From IMG/VR virus record IMGVR_UViG_3300020050_009836, positions 19,861 to 83,860 of that record: a stretch of 64,000 nt of DNA; one strand, given 5' to 3'. Origin of the DNA: a virus. Lineage: Duplodnaviria > Caudoviricetes. Each line of letters begins with the position of its first letter. Positions within the stretch are counted from its first letter, which is position 1. A model generated the notes under the pieces. It worked only from the letters and a program-made list of their open reading frames with translations, was not told the DNA's origin and made no database searches. The translations under genes were made by a program, and so were the position numbers. Positions 48,868 through 58,452 of this stretch are shown here, in pieces.

Positions 48868-49009
48868 TTTCGTGGTTCCCTTTATAGCACTTGGCTACAC
48901 TAGAATAATACCATACTGGTAGACAAAGTCAAGAAGTATTTAGTTATTAGATAATAGTTGAATCCGCAACGACAGGAGTTGCTACCACTCAGTAGTCCTG
49001 CCATCCGGC

Positions 49010-49168
49010 TCAATCCTCCTTTCCTTTGTGCTTTGCTTTCCGGCTGTACTCACGTTTGTTGTCATACGTCATCGATTTCTGCCACGGGCGGTCACTAGCC
49101 GGTATCCGTGATTTCACGGCTGTACGGGCATTCTGGAGCTCTGTGGAGGTAAGTTTAATTGTTTTCAT
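49010..49168 (-). CDS. 52-aa basic peptide, ArfA-like C-terminus
   Basis: Manual translation ends YDNKREYSRKAKHKGKED; AAGGGAACC leader. Confidence 0.65.
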   Translation of the reverse strand: MKTIKLTSTELQNARTAVKSRIPASDRPWQKSMTYDNKREYSRKAKHKGKED

Positions 49169-49219
49169 TTGGTTCCCTTTCAAAGATAGAGCCGGTATCT
49201 CTACCGGCTCATTGAGTGA

Positions 49220-49444
49220 CTAATCTATGTTGATGTTTCCGTGCTTGACACAGAGTGCATCGTAGATTTCCTGACCGTTTTCAGTGAGTGATTCATACCC
49301 TCTGTGAAGTGGTGAGATGCGAAACTGCATCCGTTGCAACCTACCGAATACACGGTAGATAGGGCAATTGACACCACCGTGCCAATCACAAGCGAACGTG
49401 TAATACGCTTCGCAGATATCAAACCGGTTCCATTCTGTCATCAT
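49220..49444 (-). CDS. cassette protein
   Basis: RFDICEAYY..WHGG motif; AGGGAACC leader. Confidence 0.8.
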   Translation of the reverse strand: MMTEWNRFDICEAYYTFACDWHGGVNCPIYRVFGRLQRMQFRISPLHRGYESLTENGQEIYDALCVKHGNINID

Positions 49445-49625
49445 AACTTGGTTCCCTCTTTCCTACATCAACAATATACATTGACACGGTTACAATGTCA
49501 AGAAGTATTTAGTTATTAGGTAATAGTTGAATCCGCAACGACAGGACTTACTACTCAGTATCGAGCCTGTCATCAGGCAAAGGGAAAGCCGGGATTTCTC
49601 CCGGCTTTCATTCTAGGGAACCAAC

Positions 49626-49790
49626 CTAGAAAATCCTAGGGATTAAGGTTCCAACGTAGATTAGTAGCACAGCGACTCCGAGATACGCTCTGTCCTTGCG
49701 ATGCATCGCTGCAAACAACAAAGCCAACAAACCGATTCCAGATATCCCGGTGAACGATACTAACCTTGACAAATCTTCTATGATTATCAT
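49626..49790 (-). CDS. 54-aa membrane peptide
   Basis: Manual translation, 2 hydrophobic segments, own promoter. Confidence 0.7.
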   Translation of the reverse strand: MIIIEDLSRLVSFTGISGIGLLALLFAAMHRKDRAYLGVAVLLIYVGTLIPRIF

Positions 49791-49919
49791 TTTTCCCCTA
49801 TCCCTTCCTACACTATAATAATACCACGTATATTGACAAAGTCAAGGGAATATACAAACTATTTTCAGCCTATCTATCCTGTCATCCAGACAAAAAAAGA
49901 GAGCCTTTCGGCTCTCCTC

Positions 49920-50129
49920 CTACTTTGTTGGCTTCACCTCCACAGCGGTAAATTTTTGCTCTAAGACATCCATTAGTTGACCAACAGCGTTATCAAATTC
50001 AGCGAACGCCGTGCGAAGTGCAGAATCCTTTGGCTCTAACTTACGGTAGATTTGCCATGCCGTCTCACACGCCTCATTGACGTGAGTGAAAAGCCGTTGC
50101 TCGTTTGTTGTTGGTGTAGTGTTTTCCAT
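49920..50129 (-). CDS. leaderless MENTT protein
   Basis: TAAGAT-6 nt-ATG. Confidence 0.85.
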   Translation of the reverse strand: MENTTPTTNEQRLFTHVNEACETAWQIYRKLEPKDSALRTAFAEFDNAVGQLMDVLEQKFTAVEVKPTK

Positions 50130-50258
50130 GCCTATATCTTATCAGACTTTGTCAATAATGCAAGAGAATATACGAACTATTTTCAGAATGCATAAGCAGC
50201 AGGAGTCGCTACCTACTAGTAGTCCTGCTAGTAGGCATAAAAAAAGAGCCTTTCGGCT

Positions 50259-50486
50259 CTACTCTGCACTTGCCTCCTCCTCTTTCAACTTTGTGAGCGT
50301 GTCATTAAACAGCTCACGGTCTATCACGTTCATCAAAGCGCCAAGTGCACTTTCATACGCCGTGTAGCATAGTTGCACCGTATCGGACTTATCCTTGGCT
50401 TTCATGTATGCCATAAAAGGTGCGTGGCTGCTTTCACACAACGCTTTGTACAACGCTCCCAATTCCGCTCTTTGTTGTTCTGTCAT
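50259..50486 (-). CDS. cassette protein, GGAACC leader
   Basis: Complete cassette. Confidence 0.8.
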   Translation of the reverse strand: MTEQQRAELGALYKALCESSHAPFMAYMKAKDKSDTVQLCYTAYESALGALMNVIDRELFNDTLTKLKEEEASAE

Positions 50487-50663
50487 TTCGGTTCCCTATC
50501 CCTTTCCTACACTAATAATATACCATGCCACGTATACAATGTCAAGTAAATAGATGAACTATTTTAGTTGCATAATCAACTATCTTCACCGGGACGGCAG
50601 GATGGGATACCTATAGTGGAGCCTGTCGTAAGGCATAAAAAAAGGAGCCTTTCGGCTCCTCCT

Positions 50664-50870
50664 CTACATCGCTCTTACTTTATCTACCCACTCTGCTACC
50701 TGAGCGAATGAAAGGTGCCCGTGCACATCATTTAGGATTTCTCCATTGTGCATCACAGCGATTTCGAAAAGTCCGGTTTCCGCACCGTACGATACTCCCG
50801 GTTTGCAGATGATGGATATCGTGTATCCATTTGGGAAAGTGATTTTGTTGTCGTAGTAAGTTTGTGTCAT
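50664..50870 (-). CDS. cassette protein, long GTAGG..AGGGAACC leader
   Basis: Complete cassette. Confidence 0.8.
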   Translation of the reverse strand: MTQTYYDNKITFPNGYTISIICKPGVSYGAETGLFEIAVMHNGEILNDVHGHLSFAQVAEWVDKVRAM

Positions 50871-51046
50871 TTCGGTTCCCTTTATAGGCTAGGCTTGCTT
50901 CCTTCCTACACCTATATATTACCATACTAGTAGACAAAGTCAAGTAAATATACAAAGTATTTTTGTTGTTTATGCAACAAAGTACAGATGATGGCAGGAG
51001 CTACACCACGCATGGCAGCCTGTCACTAGGCAAAGAAAAAGGGAGC

Positions 51047-51181
51047 CTAAGCTCCCTTGGTCCTTATCGCCGCATCGAGTATCCGGCACACTTCCTTGTA
51101 CCGAGCCGTACTGGTCTTACAGTAGCATTCAAGGGATAGTTTTTCCCATGTAAGTGTTTTTATGATTTCGTCGATTTCCAT
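51047..51181 (-). CDS. 44-aa protein, second gene of a cassette
   Basis: SD AAGGGGG; follows a hairpin lacking a U-tract. Confidence 0.55.
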   Translation of the reverse strand: MEIDEIIKTLTWEKLSLECYCKTSTARYKEVCRILDAAIRTKGA

Positions 51182-51229
51182 CTGTTTCCCCCTTGTGAAG
51201 TGTAGCCGGGATTTCTCCCGGCTCACACC

Positions 51230-51490
51230 TTAGAAGCGACTGTAGTCTACTTTGAGGTTGCATGCGTCTTTGAACCTACCTTCAAAGTACTCGCCACGAC
51301 TGACGGTATTAGGGTCATTACTACTGAGCATTGCCATTATTGACATCTCAGCGATTGCCATAATGCTACCGAGTTTGTAACCGATGTGAACCGGCTCGCT
51401 TTCGACGGCTACGGCTACGGCTACGGTGGTGCTATCACTAGCGGTGTCTACGACGTCCCAGCCTACTGGGTTAGCGGTAGTGTTTTCCAT
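51230..51490 (-). CDS. leaderless MENTT protein
   Basis: TTGACT-16-TAATAT-6 nt-ATG; shares GWD.VDT.SDS with 45938..46192. Confidence 0.85.
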   Translation of the reverse strand: MENTTANPVGWDVVDTASDSTTVAVAVAVESEPVHIGYKLGSIMAIAEMSIMAMLSSNDPNTVSRGEYFEGRFKDACNLKVDYSRF

Positions 51491-51675
51491 ACACTAATAT
51501 TACCATACTAGTAGACAAAGTCAAGAAAATAGATGAACTATTTTTACTTGCATATGCAACGACCAACCTTAGCAGGAAAGTGAACCTAGGTACAGTCCTG
51601 CCACTGGGATGTGACTATCCGTCACCATGATGACTATCCGTCACGTATGTAGAACACAAAAAAAGCCTAGGCGTT

Positions 51676-51984
51676 CTACCTAGGCTTGCTCATTGCAGGT
51701 CGTCTGGGTTGCACCCCCCCTCTACGAGAGAGAGAGGTATTCCCGTGAGTGATTTGTCCGGTCTCTACCATTTCGTGAACATACTTTGCGATGTCACGTG
51801 CATCCCACTTGTAGAACCCAAAGTCGATATCGGATGTCACGCCTTCGGTATCAGCGTAGTAAATTTCCATAGTCTCATCCGCATCCATCACGAGAACGGA
51901 TGCATTATCACGCTCTGCGGACATATTGACGTAGTATTCGGTATAACCGAGACCGTCACGATTTGGAACCTTCACTGTTGGCAT
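51676..51984 (-). CDS. cassette protein
   Basis: The promoter lies inside the longer track ORF, so the start is revised to MPTVK. Confidence 0.7.
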   Translation of the reverse strand: MPTVKVPNRDGLGYTEYYVNMSAERDNASVLVMDADETMEIYYADTEGVTSDIDFGFYKWDARDIAKYVHEMVETGQITHGNTSLSRRGGVQPRRPAMSKPR

Positions 51985-52050
51985 TTCTTTGTACCCTTCC
52001 TTCACATATATATTACCATACTTTGTCAATGTGTCAAGGAAATATGTAAA

Positions 52051-52320
52051 CTATTTTTCAGGCGTCCGGTAGGCAGGGTCTATCATAGGCAGCCACTCCT
52101 GTTCAAGCCACTTCATGAGTTGCTTGTAATCCACTCCGGTATACACAGCTCTACCATCGGTGAACAAAGTGACCCTACGACGGTTCCTGTAAGGGTAGAG
52201 GCTAACTCCTACCGTCATTCCTAGGCTATACGCTAGGTTTACGAGCTTGGTGAACAAAGTCCCGTCATGCATGAAAAAGCCTCTAGATTCGGCATCTAGA
52301 GGCTTGTGGAGGCTATTCAA
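52051..52320 (-). CDS. cassette protein (second gene)
   Basis: Coupled to 52317..52700. Confidence 0.55.
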   Translation of the reverse strand: MNSLHKPLDAESRGFFMHDGTLFTKLVNLAYSLGMTVGVSLYPYRNRRRVTLFTDGRAVYTGVDYKQLMKWLEQEWLPMIDPAYRTPEK

Positions 52321-52700
52321 TACGATGGCCGGAAGATGCCAGCCGTTGCATTGGCGGTACCACGTGCATCGTGTTCGGCGTCAAGGTTTACCCTCCACTG
52401 TGCATCTTCGTATTCGCCTAAGATAGCACGGGACATTTTTGTCTGTCTGCCGATTCTGCCAGCAAACTCAAATTTGTCAAAGTAATTCGAGTCAATGAGT
52501 GAATCTACCGCTTCACCATCCACATAGATGGTAGGCACACACTCTGCATTCAATTCTGCATGAATGATGAAATAGTCATTTCGCTCATTGGAGTCATACT
52601 CAAATCCCTCTGGCTTTGGATACACGTTAAGGTATGCAAATACATAACCTTCAGTGAGTCCATCGATGATTACTTCCCGGCTCAAATAATAAAACTTCAT
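52317..52700 (-). CDS. cassette protein, GGAAGGGAACC leader
   Basis: Complete 5' module. Confidence 0.8.
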   Translation of the reverse strand: MKFYYLSREVIIDGLTEGYVFAYLNVYPKPEGFEYDSNERNDYFIIHAELNAECVPTIYVDGEAVDSLIDSNYFDKFEFAGRIGRQTKMSRAILGEYEDAQWRVNLDAEHDARGTANATAGIFRPSY

Positions 52701-52898
52701 ATCGGTTCCCTTCCTACATCAATAATATACACCATGCCGTTTACAATGTCAAGAAAATAGACAAACTATTTTTCAGTTGATTATGCAACTACAACGGAAG
52801 TGGCAGGAGTGACTCACAGTCACTAAGCCTGTCACAAGGCACAAAAAAGTGGATGGAAGCGATTCGCCGTGCTTCCATCCACTTATCGGGATAACGCT

Positions 52899-53129
52899 CT
52901 ATTCGAACGTTACGAAACCGACTACCAGCATGCCACTAGGCTTGATTACCAGCATGTCGCCGGTATTTTCCACGCGGCATCGGTGATTCGTCAAATCCAG
53001 CTCGGCTTTGACACGTCGCATGATTTGCGACTGAGTGGCATCGGATGCCATTTCAAACTCACCACGCTTCACCCAACTGTAGTTGGCTTGACCACCAAAC
53101 GTGTCCGTCAACTCAAATCGTACTGTCAT
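52899..53129 (-). CDS. cassette protein (TDTFGG.ANYSW motif)
   Basis: Long leader; terminator near 52846. Confidence 0.8.
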   Translation of the reverse strand: MTVRFELTDTFGGQANYSWVKRGEFEMASDATQSQIMRRVKAELDLTNHRCRVENTGDMLVIKPSGMLVVGFVTFE

Positions 53130-53324
53130 TTTGGTTCCCCTTGTAGATTAGGCTGATTCCTATCTACATCTACAATATACACCACCTAGTAGACAAAGTC
53201 AAGAAGTATTTAGTTATTAGGTAATATTTGAATATGCAACTACCTTTGACTTGATGGCAGGACTACCACTCAGTATGGCAGCCTGTAAGCCGGACAAAAA
53301 AAAGGAGCCTTTCGGCTCCTCCTC

Positions 53325-53582
53325 CTACCCTTCGTCTTCGTCTTCGATTTCGTTCGCTTCGTTTATCGCGGCGGCGATTTCTTCGAAGTCTACAGCACTG
53401 ATGTAGGTTTCAATGATGTCATTGTAGAGTGAACCCGCCTCCACTCCAGCCGGTGCCAAGTCACGCACCATATTTTCCACTTCATCTGCCGATACCTTGG
53501 AGTCTTCACCGATGAATACATCCATGATGTGGAGTGAACAGTTCCACGTTTCGTAGTTCGTCCAACCGTTGTAGTTGCTCAT
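53325..53582 (-). CDS. YNGWxNxxTW-motif phage protein (paralogue of 55817..56083)
   Basis: YNGWTNYETW. Confidence 0.85.
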   Translation of the reverse strand: MSNYNGWTNYETWNCSLHIMDVFIGEDSKVSADEVENMVRDLAPAGVEAGSLYNDIIETYISAVDFEEIAAAINEANEIEDEDEG

Positions 53583-53846
53583 TTTGGTTCCCTTAGTAGA
53601 TTAGGCTGTTTCCTACCTACACTATAATATTACAGCCTACGTAGACAAAGTGCAAGGTTTATTTTTAGCATTTACTTATTAGTTGTTTGTATTTGATTTA
53701 GCAACTAAATTTTGTTCACAGGATTGGCTAGAGGTCACAGCTCCTGTTACACTGAGTAGCCGGATGATACTCCAGTTGTCCGAGCATCATAACAACTACC
53801 GTTCCATGGAGAAAAGGAGCATCCTAGGATGCTCCTTTTTAGTTGT

Positions 53847-54116
53847 CTACTTGACTTCGTCGAAGGTTGAACGGATTACGCCGCCGTGGTTGTAGAGAAA
53901 CTTGCAGATGATGTGGAGGTTCGTAGCACTCCATCTATCCGCACGATTCATGGCATCCATTAGGTCATTTCTTAGCACTGCATCCAAGAAGCCACCAAGC
54001 ATCATCGTGGTGCGATATTGCACAAAGCCTTCGAAGGCTTGGATGTAAGATGCGATGCAAGCGTATTCATTACGAGTTTCTTCGCTGATGTTCAGCGGGT
54101 TGTTAGTGTTTTCCAT
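53847..54116 (-). CDS. leaderless MENTN protein
   Basis: TGG-TACTAT-5 nt-ATGGAAAACACT; start revised from the track. Confidence 0.8.
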   Translation of the reverse strand: MENTNNPLNISEETRNEYACIASYIQAFEGFVQYRTTMMLGGFLDAVLRNDLMDAMNRADRWSATNLHIICKFLYNHGGVIRSTFDEVK

Positions 54117-54342
54117 ACCTAATAGTACCATAGTTGACAAAGTATGCCAGCATTCTGGAACATTTATTTTCAAGCAGAAGTTGACAGGCTCGGAGCCTAC
54201 TCATAAGTCCTGCCAATGTGACTTCTGGTCACCATGATGGCTGTCCGTCACATCCATCAACAACAAAAAAGCCTAGGATTCCACCTAGGCTTTGCACAAT
54301 GCAAGGCGTGTGTCTTCGCCCCCCCTCCCCCCAACGGGGAGC

Positions 54343-54606
54343 CTACAGTTCAAGTACCGTGTAGGAATACTCCTCATTATTGTCAAGTCGCACGGTTAGC
54401 GACACATCGCCGTAGAGTGACCCTTCAAACATCGGGTCGTATGTCATGCCATACCGTGAGAGGTATTCGTGCACACATGCCTCAAGTTCCTCATTTGTGT
54501 TAGCGTCTACGGAACCGACAACCTTAAGTGGTTGACCGTATCCGATTTCGCCGGGAGTGCCTTCGAAGATTTCGATTACTAAGAATCGTGCTGTAGTGTT
54601 TTCCAT
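54343..54606 (-). CDS. leaderless MENTT protein
   Basis: TTGCAA-16-TAATAT-6 nt-ATG. Confidence 0.85.
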   Translation of the reverse strand: MENTTARFLVIEIFEGTPGEIGYGQPLKVVGSVDANTNEELEACVHEYLSRYGMTYDPMFEGSLYGDVSLTVRLDNNEEYSYTVLEL

Positions 54607-54744
54607 GACTATATATTACCATAGATTGTCAACATTGCAAGAACTATTTTAGTTAATTATTCACTGTACGGCGATAACAGGTTATTCAGTGAATAAGGCA
54701 GCCTGTAAGGAGGTAAAGAAAAAGGAGCCTTTCGGCTCCTCCTC

Positions 54745-55011
54745 CTATCCAATCACTTCGATAACTTGGTCCGAGTAGCACCAACGGAGTCCGCTAGTGT
54801 GTGGTCCATCAACGACCTTTATAGTGAACACAGCGAGCTGCTCAGCTAGATTCACCCTATTGACCTTCAAACCATCCTTGGCTCGCTGTTGGCCAGTGGC
54901 TTCGATTTCGATTACCACGGCACGGCGTTCCGGTTCCATACCGAAGCAACCACGCCACATGATGATGTCGCCGACTGTAATCGTTCGGCTCTGGGTAGTA
55001 GTGTTTTCCAT
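54745..55011 (-). CDS. leaderless MENTT protein
   Basis: TTGACA-17-TAATAT-6 nt-ATG. Confidence 0.85.
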   Translation of the reverse strand: MENTTTQSRTITVGDIIMWRGCFGMEPERRAVVIEIEATGQQRAKDGLKVNRVNLAEQLAVFTIKVVDGPHTSGLRWCYSDQVIEVIG

Positions 55012-55340
55012 GCCTATATATTAGCCCATAACAGACACATTGTCAATAGGCTTTAGTTGTTTTTGTAGATATATTTTCAGTCGGTTCAGGGACAGCTGTG
55101 GCAGCCTGTAGTAGTTCAGATAGAGAAAAAGGAGGTAGATTTCTCTACCTCCTCCTCCAGTCGGGAACCAACCGACAATCGTTCGCCGAGCTGCGATGCT
55201 CTAGGCTTATAAAGGTTATATCGTGTAGGCTCACATTTGCCAAATCTAGAGGCTAAAAGAGTGGATGCTAACTATGAGCGGGTTAGCATCCACTATCATC
55301 CCTATGGTAAACACCACGAAAACCATAGGGACATCAGATA

Positions 55341-55616
55341 CTAGCGTTTGGCTAGTAAGTCAGCGTATCCGACAATCATCGTGTCAAGATACGGGTCGTT
55401 GCAGACTTCATCCACGATGATATCGTTGGTGTTTTCTTGCACAGCGACTTCAAACCAGTGGCGAAGTGCAGAGATATGCACAGCGTTGAGGTCTTCGACG
55501 GCGGTATTCACCAAGTCGATACCCAACTCATTTTTGATGCACTCAAGGTGCGACTCCGTCAATGTCCCGTGCATCTGGAAGTTGATGCTAACGCTTCCCG
55601 TGATTGTGAACTCCAT
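55341..55616 (-). CDS. cassette protein with hybrid leader AGGGAACC-GAAAACACT-ATG
   Basis: Both initiation motifs occur in the 5' UTR. Confidence 0.8.
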   Translation of the reverse strand: MEFTITGSVSINFQMHGTLTESHLECIKNELGIDLVNTAVEDLNAVHISALRHWFEVAVQENTNDIIVDEVCNDPYLDTMIVGYADLLAKR

Positions 55617-55816
55617 AGTGTTTTCGGTTCCCTCTGTAGGCTAGGCTTCTTCCTTCCTACATCACTAATATATCCCATACTGTAGACAATGTCAAGAAAA
55701 TAGATGAAGTATTTTTAGTTGCATAGTCAACAAACAACATAGGCGGCAGGATGTGACTAGTGGTCACACAGCCTGTAGGTAGGCAAAAAAAGGAGGAGCC
55801 TCTCGGCTCCTCCTCA

Positions 55817-56083
55817 CTACTCCGCTTCCTCCTCTTCGCTCTTCTCCCGGTCGTCGTTGATGTGCTTGACGATTTCCCGCCAATCCACTTGCTCTAGGTG
55901 GTCGTTTATGAGCCACTGAGCGTAATCATTACCGGCGGTGCCTATCCACTCGGCTACGAGCTCTTCGGCGGTGTCCGGCTCCATATCGGCTCCGGCTTCA
56001 TTGGCGATGTCTAGGAGGCTCTCGCCGAAGTTCAGCGATACATGCCATGTGTCCCAGTTCTTCCATCCGTTGTATCCACTCAT
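55817..56083 (-). CDS. YNGWxNxxTW-motif phage protein
   Basis: YNGWKNWDTW; start revised to MSGY. Confidence 0.85.
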   Translation of the reverse strand: MSGYNGWKNWDTWHVSLNFGESLLDIANEAGADMEPDTAEELVAEWIGTAGNDYAQWLINDHLEQVDWREIVKHINDDREKSEEEEAE

Positions 56084-56286
56084 TGTCGGTTCCCTTAGTA
56101 GGCTAGGCTTGTTCCTTCCTACACTATTAATATACAGCATACGTTGACAATGTGCAAATGAATTACCAAAAATAAATAAAGAATGTTAGTTGACTAATCA
56201 ACGAGCTACGACGGCTTTACAGGCTGCCATAGTAAGCTGATATCCTGCCATCAGGCAAAGAAAAAGGAGCCTCTCGGCTCCTCCTC

Positions 56287-56502
56287 CTATAACCCTTCGT
56301 TGAACTCTTTGACTACTTGGTTAAAGAGTCTGTCGTTTGCTTCCGTGTACTTCCGGAACTCTTCACGTAGCTTGCGGATTAGTTCCGCCTTGCTTACTGT
56401 GTCGTCGAATTCAACGTCATTTACGACGTATGAAACATTGAATGCGTGGTGCGTTGCGACTGTTAGACGCTTTTGCGTGTAGTCGGTAGTAGTGTTTTCC
56501 AT
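56287..56502 (-). CDS. leaderless MENTT protein
   Basis: TTGACA-17-TAATAT-6 nt-ATG. Confidence 0.85.
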   Translation of the reverse strand: MENTTTDYTQKRLTVATHHAFNVSYVVNDVEFDDTVSKAELIRKLREEFRKYTEANDRLFNQVVKEFNEGL

Positions 56503-56545
56503 GTCTATATATTACCCTTACTTTGTCAATGTGTCAAGTCTTTTT

Positions 56546-56800
56546 TCAACTATTTTGAAAATAAGTCTCATAAATGTCTTTGTGACCCGTTGCCTTTTCG
56601 TACAAGTCATCCGACCGCTTTGTGTAGCGGTTCCATGTGGCGACAAGAGCGTCAAGCATCTCATCCCGTTGGATTTCCTTGTTTACGCTTGCTCTGCACA
56701 GCAAGAGGTACATTTCGCCTACGGCATCCACAGCGATGTTTTCACGCTCTGCTGTGTACTCTGCCATTGTCAACGGTTGGGTTTGTGTAGTGTTTTCCAT
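56546..56800 (-). CDS. leaderless MENTT protein
   Basis: TTGACA-17-TAAGAT-6 nt-ATG. Confidence 0.85.
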   Translation of the reverse strand: MENTTQTQPLTMAEYTAERENIAVDAVGEMYLLLCRASVNKEIQRDEMLDALVATWNRYTKRSDDLYEKATGHKDIYETYFQNS

Positions 56801-56970
56801 GTCTATATCTTACAGCACTTTGTATACTATGTCAAGGAGTTTTTGAAGTATTTTCAAAGCACTTTTAGCAGGAGCTGCTACCAGCATACTAACCTGCCAC
56901 AAGGAAAGCAAAAGAGCCGGTAGGCTGTAGACCTACCGGCTTTCTCTACCGTCGCACCACCGACGGATTC

Positions 56971-57300
56971 CTATATTTCCGTCGCTTGTAAACACTTTCG
57001 TGATGTGTCATTCAACTGAGCATCACCGTGGAAATGAGCCGGTTGTGAGCGTTGGATAGTCCATTTTTCAATGATACTAGACTTGATGTGCTTGACTTGA
57101 AAGTCGATAGCACGACCGTAATTCTTCTCCGACCAGTTCTGCAACACATAGCCGTTTTCGGATGCGTATTGACTAGCGTAGGTATCCATACGGGTATGCC
57201 ATGCTACGTCTACATCCATGACATCGATGATAAGAGGAGTCGGGTACGTGCTCGTTGTGAGCATGAAGACAACTTTCGTTGTGAGTGTAGTGTTTTCCAT
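56971..57300 (-). CDS. leaderless MENTT protein
   Basis: TTGACA-17-TAACAT-6 nt-ATG. Confidence 0.85.
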   Translation of the reverse strand: MENTTLTTKVVFMLTTSTYPTPLIIDVMDVDVAWHTRMDTYASQYASENGYVLQNWSEKNYGRAIDFQVKHIKSSIIEKWTIQRSQPAHFHGDAQLNDTSRKCLQATEI

Positions 57301-57503
57301 GACTATATGTTAGCCCATAAAATAGACTTTGTCAATAACTATTTCAACTATTTTTTACTTGCATAATCAACAACAAAAGAGTGTTAGCAGGATAGGTGAC
57401 GTACAGTCAAGCCTGTAAAGGTGGGATGTGACCCAGAGTCACCATGATGTCTGTCAGTCACATACCAGAGCAAAGAAAAAGCCGGGATTTCTCCCGGCTT
57501 GGA

Positions 57504-57767
57504 TTACATCCCCTTCTCTACAGCGAGCTCTAGAGCCTTCTCTGTGAGGTACCAGCCGTACTTTTTCATGTCTGGTTCGTAGCCGACTAGTCCAGCCTCT
57601 TGTGCGCCAGAGATAACACCGCCGGTCTTCTCGGCACTCCAGCCGGTCACCTCAGACACCATACACGCACCAAACCAAGAATGGTTGTCACCTTGAAGTT
57701 GCTCTGCCGTTTCGTACGGGCTATCGGCGATTACCACTTCTATCAAACGAGTCTGCAATTCAGTCAT
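57504..57767 (-). CDS. cassette protein (possible winged helix)
   Basis: Long leader; terminator near 57480. Confidence 0.8.
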   Translation of the reverse strand: MTELQTRLIEVVIADSPYETAEQLQGDNHSWFGACMVSEVTGWSAEKTGGVISGAQEAGLVGYEPDMKKYGWYLTEKALELAVEKGM

Positions 57768-58052
57768 TTTGGTTCCCTCAGTAGGCTAGGTCAGTTCCTT
57801 CCTACACATACATAATAAGGCATAGATTAGACTTTGTCAACAACTATTTTGACTATTTTTTGCACGTTTACCAGTGATAGGTATGGTGACGTTTGGTCAC
57901 GGGTATCTTTACAGGTTCGACTCCGATGTGACTATCCGTCACCATAGTGACTATCCGTCACGTCCAAAGCAAAAAGAAAACCACCAGACGTAGCCTAGTG
58001 GTTGCACAATGCAGGTACGAGTCTTTGCACCCCCCCCGCCCCCCGGCAGAGC

Positions 58053-58301
58053 CTACACCTCTTCGGTGTAAGCATCTACCTCTACAAGGATTTTGTCGAT
58101 GATGTATGCGGCTTGGAGAACGTTGACGGTGTGGTCACAGTCCGCTTCAAGCTGTGCAATGCACGGTCCACCTTCACGGTGGTTAGCAGAGCATCCATTA
58201 TGCCCCTCACAGCAAGGGTGAAACATGTACTCTGGTGCTTGCTCGTTGACGTGGAAGCGGATGTACTCGGCGGTACCGTAGGTAACTTGTGTAGTGTTCA
58301 T
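58053..58301 (-). CDS. leaderless MNTT protein, Cys/His-rich
   Basis: TTGACA-17-TAATAT-6 nt-ATG. Confidence 0.8.
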   Translation of the reverse strand: MNTTQVTYGTAEYIRFHVNEQAPEYMFHPCCEGHNGCSANHREGGPCIAQLEADCDHTVNVLQAAYIIDKILVEVDAYTEEV

Positions 58302-58452
58302 GCCTATATATTACAGCACATTGTCAACGTTGTCAAGTAGTATTTTGTTGTTTGTTTATGATGGATACAACTAGTCACGGAGAAGTATCACAGGATAGAT
58401 GAGTAGGTGTATGACCTGTAATCACCCAAAAAGAAAAGGAGCCTTTCGGCTC

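Noticed and set aside
51985-52029. N-terminal extensions in the ORF track (also 48430-48468, 54117-54173, 56084-56140, 60457-60471, 61294-61308)
   Set aside because: They run through the genes' own promoters or leaders, so the starts were moved downstream.
57901-57930. tRNA (GGTTCGACTCC T-loop-like)
   Set aside because: No acceptor, D or anticodon arms can be folded.
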